Source: Macrostomum lignano (lineage: Eukaryota). From it: 64,000 bases of DNA. The stretch spans positions 516,963-580,962 of the forward strand of contig NIVC01000108.1 of assembly GCA_002269645.1 (NCBI GenBank), given 5' to 3'. Positions within the stretch are counted from its first letter, which is position 1. Each line of letters begins with the position of its first letter. Shown piece by piece: positions 13,401-24,300 of this stretch. Below the pieces are notes generated by a model that worked only from the letters and a program-made list of their open reading frames with translations, made no database searches and was not told the origin of the DNA. The position numbers and the translations under genes were made by a program.

Positions 13401-13446
13401 CATAAGACTTACCTGGAACATCTAGATTAATGTCGGAGGTCGTCAT
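7440..13446 (-). CDS. RPGR: X-linked retinitis pigmentosa GTPase regulator orthologue (RCC1-repeat protein), about 851 aa, 9 exons
   Basis: Exons 13413-13446, 12056-12487, 11522-11766, 11261-11450, 10302-10847, 9444-9487, 9176-9355, 8244-8411, 7440-8156 join in phase with GT-AG (2556 nt). N-terminus MTTSDINLDVPDSGAVFAFGK matches RPGR PDSGAVF. RCC1 repeats present (CGEGH, GQNDYGQLGLG, GESEGGKLGL). C-terminus SRSCSIL resembles RPGR SKSCTIL CaaX. The donor at 10301 (GTTAGC) is the least certain. Confidence 0.9.
8511..8995. repeat. 21-bp intronic minisatellite (TCCCAAATCCTAAATCCCTGA)n
   Basis: Tandem units in RPGR-like intron 7. Confidence 0.95.
10885..11230. repeat. 25-bp G-rich minisatellite (GGGAGTGAGGTGGGTGCCTGGGGCA)n
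   Basis: Near-perfect tandem units in RPGR-like intron 4. Confidence 0.95.
11798..12006. repeat. 23-bp intronic minisatellite (TTGGACATCTAGTCACTGATCTA)n
   Basis: About 9 tandem units in RPGR-like intron 2. Confidence 0.95.
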
Positions 13447-14399
13447 GGCTAGAATTTTCACATACTAATAATACATTGATACATAGGAATCTACTACCAG
13501 GACACTTTTTTTCGAAAGCATTAATCAAAATGAATCTGAAAGTCAAATTAAGCGACTTTCACTATCTCGCTTGGTTTTAAAATGAGTCAAAAGATTTCAC
13601 TTCAAACAGCGACAGTAAAAATAAAGACAACTACCATAGTTTTGCACTTGCTAGCGCATGTAAAAATAAAAAACTAAATATAACACCATGCTAGCAAGTA
13701 TTTGCTTAACCAATGTAAAGTTATCAAAACACGACGACAATTTGTTATAATTTTACACTTTCTGAATCCGGTCAGTGCAGTTGATATTCTTCTTAGAGCC
13801 TCTTCACGGCAATCGATTCTCGAACCAGAAACGGTTCGGATTTCCAAGAAAAAAGCAGTATAACTATTTAACTTTGTTGAATGTTTGACTGCCTTAACAG
13901 CCTCACTTTGCACAATTTTTCACTTTCTTCTTGGCTATTGCCATTCAATAATCACAATTTTAAAGCACTAATATCCCTCTAGTTTAGGAGACAAAAAGTT
14001 ATACTTAAAAAAATTGGTCCTGGTTCTAGAACCAGAACAAGCAATATGAAGAGCCTCTTAGATAGAACAAACTTTTAAAAGTAGTCACTTTTATGGACTA
14101 TAATAGTTCGTGAATTAGTGGAACTCTGAAAGCCTCTAAGACAAGATGTAGCTTTATAATGTAAGTGTGGGTGAATAGCAATTTAAGTACACATTATTAG
14201 ACACACTGATTTTTTGTTAAATATGGCTTTATCATGGTTTTATATTTTTTCAGAGCGAAGTTTACATTTTATTTGTTTCATAAATAAAAAAATCGAATTT
14301 ATTGATATTCAGGCATCATTTTCATCATATACAGCATTGCATACATGTACGTTTACAGTTAACACGAAAACGATTAGTTATATAGTGTGTTTCACTGTT

Positions 14400-15791
14400 T
14401 TACTTTCTCCTACTTGTGGCATTTGGTCGCCATACCGCGGTTTTCTTCTTTTTAGATTCATCGTCCTCTTCACCAGCTGCTAGCTGCTGCTTCTGCTGCG
14501 ACTTTTTTATTTTCCATTTCTGGAAAGCCATGTCTGACTTGGCGCGCTTTTCTTCTTCTTGTCTTTGCTGATCGTCGGTCGTCGAAGTCGACGGAGCTGA
14601 CCGTCGCTCCTTCGCCGAGGTCTCCTTGCGCTTCGCCCAGGCCGCCGCTGCGCTGGCTGCTGTGGCGCGTCGCTCCTCGTCTTTCGCCTCCTTGGCGCGC
14701 CTCTCTTCTGCACGGCGTTGGCGCTCAGCGCGCTGGCGTTCCGCCAACTCGGCGTCCTTGCGTTGGCGCCAATTGGCGATGGCTGCTTCAGAGTCGGCCG
14801 GCATCTTCTGCTGCCGCTGCTCTTCCTGTTTATTCTTGTCTGTTGTCTTCTTTTTCTGTGGGAGTTTATAAGAAATATTGTAGCTTGCATGTTGCATGCA
14901 TGTTGCTACATGTGTATACGTATATGAGCCGCTCAAAAGACGTCCTTACTTAAGTCGTCTATGGAGCCCCTGTTTACAGCATTCTTGATTCAAATTGATT
15001 CAAAAATTTGCTCATATAAGCCAATCCCCACTGCTTGGAAAGAGAACCGGAAGTCAATCCCCAATTACCAGAAGGAGAACCGGAAGTCAATCCCCAATGA
15101 CCGGAAGGAGAACCGGAAGTCAATCCCCAATGACCGGAAGGAGAACCGGAAGTCAATCCCCAATGACCGGAAGGAGAACCGGAAGTCAATCCCCAATGCC
15201 CAGAAGGAAAACCGGAAGTAAATCCCCACAATGCCCAGAAGGAAAACCGGAAGTCAATCCCCAATGCCCAGAAGGAAAACCGGAAGTCAATCCCCAATGC
15301 CCAGAAGGAAAACCGGAAGTCAATCCCCAATGACCGGAAGGAAGACCGGAAGTCAATCCCCAATGACTGGAAGGAGAACTGGAAGCCAATTCCTTAATAA
15401 GCGAATGTTAGCGGGTTTCGCAGTCTGCAGAGCAGCAGACGCCGGAAGATCCGAGTAACTTCCGCCTCCTCACCCCGGCGCCCGTCTTCTGCTTCTCCTG
15501 CAGCCAGCTCGCGTAGGCCACCCGCCCCTCCTCCAGTTTGCGCCGCTTTTCCTCCTCCGCCGCCGCCGCCTCGGCCGCTGCCCTGGCCGCTGGGCCGCCG
15601 CTAAAGCCGCCCGATCGCTTTTTGGCGGCCATCCAATTATCGAACGCCGCTTGCCGCAGCTCGGCAGCGGAGCCTTCGAACTCCAGCTGCTCGTCCTCGA
15701 ACTCAGCGTCACCATGGCAGTCGCAGTCGCAGCCATCAGGCTGCAGCTGCAGCTGGGCGAATTGCCGCCACAGCTCGCAGGACTCGGCCAT
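14400..15791 (-). CDS. Short MAP9-like coiled-coil protein (paralogue of the 3' half of the neighbouring gene), about 257 aa, 2 exons
   Basis: Exons 15474-15791 and 14400-14855 join in phase 0. Trp-punctuated charged helices (ELRQAAFDNWMAAKK, AYASWLQEKQK, AFQKWKIKK) and C-terminal VWRPNATSRRK mirror the upstream gene. Start codon uncertain. Confidence 0.72.
15035..15385. repeat. 33-bp intronic minisatellite (CCGGAAGGAGAACCGGAAGTCAATCCCCAATGA)n
   Basis: Tandem units within the single intron of the short MAP9-like gene. Confidence 0.92.
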
Positions 15792-15990
15792 GCAGCAGGC
15801 CGGTGTCAGCAGCTCGCACAGGGCGCTCGTGGTTGCTAAGGGGCGCTGGCGTTGCCATGCATGCTGTACATCTTGGAAACCGCTTAAAAAGTAGGTAGGG
15901 CCAATTTTCATTGCTCTGTCTATTTACAATTTGGAATTATGAAAAACTAAGGGGACTCAATCACTTTAAAAACCAGGTGTACGCATTAGG

Positions 15991-16004
15991 GTTGCTATGG
16001 TAAC
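15991..16004. promoter_or_regulatory. RFX X-box GTTGCTATGGTAAC
   Basis: Matches the RYYNYY-WW-RRNRAC X-box consensus and lies 200 bp upstream of the putative ATG at 15791. Confidence 0.65.
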
Positions 16005-16109
16005 TGGATGGGGCTGTACTCATCATTTGCTCTCACTGCCAAAAAAAGAGAGATGAAAACATCTCTACCGCTGTGAGCACCACTGTCGGACTCTCATCTT
16101 TCTTTTCAC

Positions 16110-16960
16110 CTTTCTCTCTCTTCTTTCTTCTCTCCCTCCACCCTCTCTTTACCCTCTCTTCACCCTCTCTTTACCCTCTCTTCACCCTCTCTTTACCCTC
16201 TCTTCACCCTTTCTTTACCCTCTATTTACCCTCTCTTCACCCTCCTTTTACCCTTTATTTACCCAATCTTTACCCTCTCTTTACCCTCTCTTTACCCTCT
16301 CTTCACCCTCTCTTTACCCTCTCTTCACCCTCTCTTTACCCTCTCTTCACCCTTTCTTTACCCTCTATTTACCCTCTCTTCACCCTCCTTTTACCCTATA
16401 TTTACCCAATCTTTACCCTCTCTTTACCCTCTCTTCACCCTCTCTTCACCCTCTCTTCACCCTCTCTTTACCCTCTCTTTACCCTCTCTTCACCCTCTAT
16501 TTACCCAATCTTGCTGTATCTTTACCTCTCTTTACCTTCTCTTTACCCTATCTTCACCCTTTCTTTACCCTCTATTTACCCTCTCTTCACCCTCCTTTTA
16601 CCCTCTATTTACCCAATCTTGCTGTATCTTTACCTCTCTTTACCTTCTCTTTACCCTATCTTTACCCTCTCTTTACCCTCTCTTCACCCTCTCTTCATCC
16701 TCTCTTCACCCTCTCTTTACCCTCACTTCAACCTCTCTTTACCCTCTCTTCACCCTCTATTTACCCAATCTTTACCTCTCTTTACCTTCTCTTTACCCTA
16801 TCTTCACCCTTTCTTCACACTCTCTTCACTCTCTATTTACTCTCTCTTGACCCTCTACTCACACACTCTTTACCCTATCTTGACCCTCTCTTGACCCTCT
16901 CTTCACTCTCTCTTGACCCTATTTTCACTCTCTCTCTTTACCCTCTCTTCCGAGTTTCCC
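16110..16960. repeat. Polypyrimidine low-complexity array (about 11-bp CTCTCTTYACC units)
   Basis: C/T-rich tandem array seen directly. Confidence 0.9.
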
Positions 16961-17859
16961 GTATTTTCACTCTCTCTTGCCTCTCTCTATCTCCGCCCTC
17001 TTACTGAATTGGTCATCTGTCCCATCTCGTGACTCCGTGAGACTTCTGAGAAAATAAACCTGCACCGGCAATGCAATAAAGATAAAAACTAATGAACAGC
17101 TCGTGAAAGAATAAAGCAGGCATAAATATAATTTATATAGTTTTCAGAACTGATCAACTCAGCAATTCTTCTAAGAATTTATTAGGCGGAGCTGTCAGAG
17201 CAATTAGCGGGTGAAAAGTCAGTTAGAAATCAATAAGAGACCACCCGCTGAGTTAACAACAATAAAACAGTTTATGGTGCAGGTTAATTAGGTCAGACGC
17301 AACACAATGATTAATTGGCATGCAAAAATTGTCTGAGTTATTCTATTAATTAACTCTACAGTAATTTTCATTAATCTGGTGGAATGACGCAGCAGCTGAT
17401 TGCCAGTCACAAAATAGGGGAAATTCTAGCCAAAAGTTTCGCATCCTAAAATGAACCCATCGTTAACTTCAGGCTCAGCCTAGAGTGATCCCCAGTCAAC
17501 ATTTTAGGAAAATGTATGAAAATGTAACAATATAAAATCGGTATGTAGATTAGCAGTTCGTATGCACAGATAGAAAAAATATTGACAGAAAACTCTATTA
17601 TGAAGCCTAGAAACATAGAAATTATTTAGGTAGAACTTGCGCAGTACACAATTTGAATGAAATATAATAATTCAGTCAGAGCGGCCTCATATTACGGCAT
17701 TGACGACGTCAAATTACACTTGGGCGGTGCGTTTTGACGATTTTTTACGTGAAAAAGGGGCTCAAGGATGTTTGCGGTCAAATTTACTTCACGAGCTGGG
17801 CACCAGTGCATTCTCTTTCACTTCACTTGCACTACCCCAGAAACCCACCTAGCATCCTA

Positions 17860-18200
17860 CCTTAGGCACCCAACTCACTCCCTGTCCCAGACACCCACCT
17901 CACTTCCTGCCCCAGGCACCCACCTCATTTCCTGCCTATAAAACCACCTCACTCCCTACCACAGGCACCCACCTCACTCCTTGCCCCAGGCACTCACCTC
18001 ACTCCCTGCCCCAGGCACCCACCTCACTCCCTGCCCCATACACCCACCTCACTCCCTGCCCCAGGCACCCACCTCACTCCTTGCCCCAGGCACTCACCTC
18101 ACTCCCTGCCCCAGGCACCCACCTCACTCCCTGCCCCATACACCCACCTCACTCCCTGCCCCAGGCACCCACCTCACTCCCTGCCCTAGACACTCACCTC
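17860..18200. repeat. 25-bp minisatellite (CCCAGGCACCCACCTCACTCCCTGC)n, the reverse complement of the 10885-11230 unit
   Basis: Unit is the exact reverse complement of the RPGR intron 4 array. Confidence 0.92.
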
Positions 18201-18322
18201 ACTCTCTGCTCCAAGAAGCAGCACCCTATTAACTTAATCCAACCCAAATAATATTATCGACAAGCCTTCGTTCATATCGGAAGTCTTCAGACGGATGGTA
18301 ATCAGGTGCACTGGCTGCCCGA

Positions 18323-21300
18323 TCACCTGATTCTCGAAGTCGAATTCGGCCGCCACGCCCGCCGTTGAGTAGTTGAACCGGACAGCGATTGAGTGGCGTG
18401 GGTCGTCTCGAACTCCTCCTTCCGGCGGCTCCATTCGAGAAAGGCCTGGCGCGCCTCCTTCTGCTTTCTCTCCTCCTCCCGCAGCCGCTCCCTTTCCTGC
18501 TCCAGGGCCGCGTCCGAGGCCTTCTGCTTCTCCATCTGCAGCCGCTTCTCCTTGACGCCCTGCCACTTCTCCACCTTCTCCTCCGACTCCAGCTTCTTCT
18601 GTTTCTCCTTCTCGAGTTTCTCCCTTTTCTCCTGCCGTTTCTTCCGCTTCTCCTCTTCCAGCTTCTCCATCTTCTCCTGCTCCTTCTGCTCCCGCCATTT
18701 CGCGAAAGCGGCCTTCGCCTCCCTTTCCTTTTCCTCCTTTTTCTGCTTCTCCTCCTCCGGAGACAGCTTCTTCTCGTCCTTCTGCGCGTGGGGTAGCAAA
18801 AGGCAAAAAGGGGAAGTTCTGAGGACCAGCAAATATTATGAAAGCCACAGCGAGTTTTATCCAGATTATAACTAAGACTGAGATTTCCTACCTATGGGTT
18901 CAGCATCCAGGGCTCAGGCACCCCATCCAGGCATCAGGCACCCCATCCAGACCTCAGACACCCCATCCAGACCTCAGACACCCCATCCAGGCCACAGGCA
19001 TCACATCCAGGCCTCAATCACCCCATCCAGGCCTCAGACACCCCATCCAGGCATCAGGTACCCCATCCAGACCTCAGGCACCCCATCCAGACTTCAGGCA
19101 CCCCATCCAGGCATCAGGCACCCCGTCCAGGCCTCAGGCACCCCGTCCAGACCTCAGGCACCCCATCCAGACCTCAGACACCCCATCCAGGCCTCAGGCA
19201 CCCCATCCAGACCTCAGGCATCACATCCAGACCTCAGGCATTCCATCCAGACCTCAGGCACCCCATCCAGACCTCAGGAACCCCATCCAGACCTCAGGCA
19301 CCCCATCGAGACCAGACCTCAGACACCCCATCCAGGCCTCAGACACCCCATCCAGGCATCAGGTACCCCATCCAGACCTCAGGCACCCCATCCAGACTTT
19401 AGGCACCCCATCCAGGCATCAGGCACCCCATCCAGACCTCAGGCACCCCATCCAGACCTCAGACACCCATCCAGGCCTCAGGCACCCCATCCAGATCTCA
19501 GACACCCCATCCAGGCCTCAGACACCCCATCCAGGCCTCAGGCACCCCATCCAGATCTCAGACACCCCATCCAGGCCTCAGACACCCCATCCAGACCTTA
19601 GACACCCCATCCAGGCCTCAGGCACCCCATCCAGGCATCAGGCACCCCATTCAGGCATCAGGCACCCCGTCCAGGCCTCAGGCACCCCGTCCAGACCTCA
19701 GGCACCCCATCCAGACCTCAGACACCCCATCCAGGCCTCAGGCACCCCATCCAGACCTCAGGCATCACATCCAGACCTCAGGCATCACATCCAGACCTCA
19801 GGCATTCCATCCAGACCTCAGGAACCCCATCCAGACCTCAGGCACCCCATCCAGACCAGACCTCAGACACCCCATCCAGGCCTCAGACACCCCATCCAGG
19901 CATCAGGTACCCCATCCAGACCTCAGGCACCCCATCCAGGCATCAGGCACCCCATCCAGGCATCAGGCACCCCGTCCAGGCCTCAGGCACCCCGTCCAGA
20001 CCTCAGACACCCCATCCAGCCATCAGACACCCCATCCAGGCCTCAGGCACCCCATCCAGATCTCAGACACCCCATCCAGACCTCAGACACCCCATCCAGG
20101 CCTCAGGCACCCCATTCAGACCTCAGACACCCCATCCAGGCATCAGGTACCCCATCCAGACCTCAGGCACCCCATCCAGACTTCAGGCACCCCATCCAGG
20201 CATCAGGCACCCCATCCAGGCATCAGGCACCCCGTCCAGGCCTCAGGCACCCCATCCAGACCTCAGGCCCACCATCCAGACCTCAAACACCCCGTCCAGA
20301 CCTCAGGCACCCCATCCAGACCTCAGACACCCCATCCAGGCCTCAGACACCCCATCCAGGCCTCAGGCACCCCATCCAGACCTCAGACAACCCATCCAGG
20401 CATCAGGTACCCCATCCAGACCTCAGGCACCCCATCCAGACTTCAGGCACCCCATCCAGGCCTCAAACACCCCGTGCATACCTCAGGCACCCCATCCAGA
20501 CCTCAGGCACCCCATCCAGACTTCAGACACCCCATCCAGGCCTCAAACACCCCATCCAGATCTCAGGCACCCCATCTAGACCTCAGGCACCCCATCCAGG
20601 CCTCAGACACCCCATCCAGACCACAGGCATCACATTCAGGCCTCAATCACCCCATCCAGACCTCAGACACCCCATCCAGGCATCAGGCACCCCATTCAGG
20701 CCTCAGGCACCCTATCCAGGCCTCAGACACCCTATCCAGGCCTCAGACACTCCATCCAGGCCTCAGACACCCCATCCAGGCCTCAGACACCCCATCCAGG
20801 CCTCAGACACCCTATCCAGACTTCAGGCACCCCATCCAGGCATCAGGCACCCCATCCAGGCATCAGGCACCCCGTCCAGGCCTCAGGCACCCCATCCAGA
20901 CCTCAGGCCCACCATCCAGGCCTCAGACACCCCATCCAGGCCTCAGACACCCCATCCAGGCCTCAGACACCCCATCCAGACCTCAGACACCCCATCCAGG
21001 CCTCAGACACCCTATCCAGGCCTCAGACACCCCATCCAGGCCTCAGACACCCCATCCAGGCCTCAGACACCCCATCCAGGCCTCAGGCACCCCATCCAGA
21101 CCTCAGACACCCCATCCAGGCCTCAGACACCCCATCCAGACCTCAGGCACCCCATCCAGGCTGAACGCACAAGCGTCCCCAGCCAAAGAACTCCAGCCAA
21201 AGCTGCTCACCTTCTTCTTTGGCGCATTCGCCTTCTTGTTCTTCAGCCAGCTCTCAAAGGCCGCCTTGCCTTCCAGCTTCTTCTCCTGCTCTTCCGCTTT

Positions 21301-24300
21301 CTTCTTCTCGGCCTCCTGCCGCTTTTTGGCCTCCTCGGCGGCGCGCTGCTCCCGCGCCATGGCTAGCTTGGCGGCGTACCAGTCTGCGAACACGGACTGG
21401 CGGATGGTGCTGGAGTCGGTGAAGTTGATGGTGCTGGAGTCCATGAGGCTGCTGCTGCCCGTGCCTGCATCATGGACGGGTGGGCATCTCATCACTTCTT
21501 GCTCATTTTAGGGAGGAGGATTTGAGGAGTCTCAAATGAGATTTTAAGAGTCTCAAGTAAGATCTGAGTAGTCTAAAGTGGGATTCGAGGAGTCTCAAGC
21601 AAGATCTGAGGAGTCTCAAGTAAGATCTGAGGAGTCTCAAGTAAGATCTGAGGAGTCTCAAGTAAGATCTGAGTAGTCTCGAGTGGGATTTCAGGAGTCT
21701 CATGTGAGATTTGATGAGTCTCAAGTGAGATTTAAGGAGTCTCAAGTGAGATTTGAGGAGTCTCAAGTGAGATTTGAGGAGTCTTGAGTGAGATTTGAGA
21801 ATTTCCAAAACATTAAAAAAATTTGCCCGCGCACCTGGCAGGAGGTGACGGGGTGGCCGGGTGTCCACGCGCGCCTTAGCGGAGGCCGTTCTCGGCCGCA
21901 GCACCCGCAGGTGGCGCTCCCTGGCCTGCTTCCGTTCCGCTTCAGCCCGCTCCCGCTCTGCCTGGCCGCTCATCACCTTGGCGACGGCCTCACCCGGGGT
22001 CTGGGCGTCCTCCACCTGAAGGAGTTTGGAATGAGGAAGCAGAGCTTGATCAGCCACCCCATTCAGGCCTCAGCCACTTCATCGATGCCTCAGCCACCTC
22101 ATCAAGAAGCCACCCCAACTCATGCCTCAGCCACCCTACCATCCCTCAGCCACCCTACCATGTGCCTCAGCCACCCTACCATATCCCTCAGCCACCCTAC
22201 CATGTCCCTCAGCCACCCTTACCCATGCCTCAGCCACCCTACCCATGCCTCAGCCACCCTTACCCATGCCTCAGCCACCATTAACCATGCCTCAGCCACC
22301 CTTACCCATGCCTCAGCCACCTCATCCAGGCCTCAGCCACCCCACCAGGCCTCACCTGGTAGATGTCCTTGTAATCCTTGGCATTTTTCTGCGTCTCCTT
22401 CTGCAGCTCCTCCTCCCGCTGCTTCTTGAGCGCCTCCCGCCTCTGCCGCTCCTTCTCCTTGGTGGCCGGCTCCTCCTCCAGCTCCTCGCAGAAGGAGCTC
22501 CGCCTGCGCCTGGCCGCCTCCTCCGCTTCTGCCGATTTCCTGGCAGCTTCATCCTGGCCGCGCCGGCTGTGCGGCTTCGGGACGGCCTCGGAGGCGGGCG
22601 CGGGGCCGAACAGGTCGCGCAGGGTCGCCTCCGCCTCCTCGCGCTCCTTGCGCTCCTCGGGGCGCTCCGGGCTCGGACTCTGCCGGCGGGGCCGCGGCTG
22701 CGGTCGCCTCTTGCCGTAGGCGTCGGCCTCCTCATCCTCGCTGGAGCCGCCGGAGCGGCGCCGGGACTTCCTGGCCTTCTCCTCCTTCTCCTTCTGCTTT
22801 CGCTTCTCTTCTTCGTCCAATTTCGAGTCGTCGCGTCGCTTGCTACGGCCGAACAGTTCGAATTCGTCCGGCGAGTCTAGCGGGTCTCGGCGCGAGGCGC
22901 CGGACTGGCGGCGCTCCGACTCGGGCAGGTGGCGCCGGAAGTCCCGGCCATCGTCCAGCGTCGGCCGCTTGCCCGCCTTGTCTTTGTCCTTCTTGTCCGC
23001 GTCTTTTTTCCTGTCTTTGTCCTTCTTGTCCGGGTCTTTTTTCCTGTCTTTGTCCTTGTCTCTGTACTTGTCCGCGTCCTGCATGTGGATCGGGGTTTCC
23101 ATTTCCATTCCATTTCCATTCCATTTCCATTCCATTTCCATTCCATTTCCATTCCATTTCCATTCCATTTCCATTCCATTTCCATTCCATTTCCATTCCA
23201 TTTCCATTCCATTTCCATTCCATTTCCATTCCATTTCCATTCCATTTCCATTCCATTTCCATTCCATTTCCATTCCATTTCCATTCCATTTCCATTCCAT
23301 TTCCATTCCATTTCCATTCCATTTCCATTCCATTTCTGTGATGACTTGATATTGAGAGTTTGCATTTGCGGTTTTGGGGTTGGCCTGCGCTGGGGGGTTG
23401 GAAGGCACGCTCAAGTTGCCTTTTAATTTATCGATTGTAATGTACGCGCGTACTTTGTGCATGCCTAATATTAAAATATATATATCGACTGATTCTGGCT
23501 TTTGAGCCCTCGTGTTTTTGTTATCGTCCGCCAAATATTGCAATAGTTGACTCTGTTAAAGTGGCGACGAGGAATGAGTCTTATAGGCTCAATAGGACCC
23601 TTTGAAGAGGGCACTGAGACCTGGCAGCAGTACCAGGAGCGCTTAGAACAGTTTTTCACAGCAAATGAAATCAGCAATGAAAAGAGACGAGCCGTGCTGC
23701 TGAGCATCTGTGGCAGGGACACCTACCAGCTGATATCAAACCTGCTGTCACCGGCTCTGCCGAAGGACACGACCTACGACGCCATCTGTGCTAAGCTGAA
23801 GGAGCATTTTGATCCAACCCCACCAGAGATTGTACGGCGATTCAGGTTCTACAGCAGAAGCCGTCAGGCAGGCGAGTCGGTGGCAAGGTTCCTGGCTGAG
23901 CTGCGCAAGCTAGCTCGGGACTGCAATTTCGGCGTTGGCCTCAGCAGCATGCTCAGGGACCGGCTGGTCCTGGGGATCAGTGATGATTCCATTCAGCGGA
24001 GGCTCTTCACAGAGAAGGAGCTCTCACTGGACACGGCGCTGTCGCTGGCGCAGGCCCACGAGTCGGCCGCTCAAGGCAACCTGCTGGTGGCTAAAGGCGC
24101 CGGCTCTGACATGGTGCACGCTCTTCACCATTCTGCCCGGCGGGAGGCGGCCAGCGGGCCGTCAGCGAAGCGTTGCTATCGATGCCTGTCCCAGCGCCAC
24201 CTGGCTGCAAAGTGCCCGTTCATCAATAGTAAGTGCTACGCATGCTCGAAAACCGGACACATCGCTGCTGCGTGCAAGGCAGCGCCGCCTGCTCAGCGGG

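Noticed and set aside
18838-21366. 842-aa ORF and other long repetitive ORFs (1064-1948, 6860-8143, 16073-16894, 34906-35577, 59394-60277, 63408-63938)
   Set aside because: They are translations of stop-free minisatellite units, mostly intronic or antisense to real genes.
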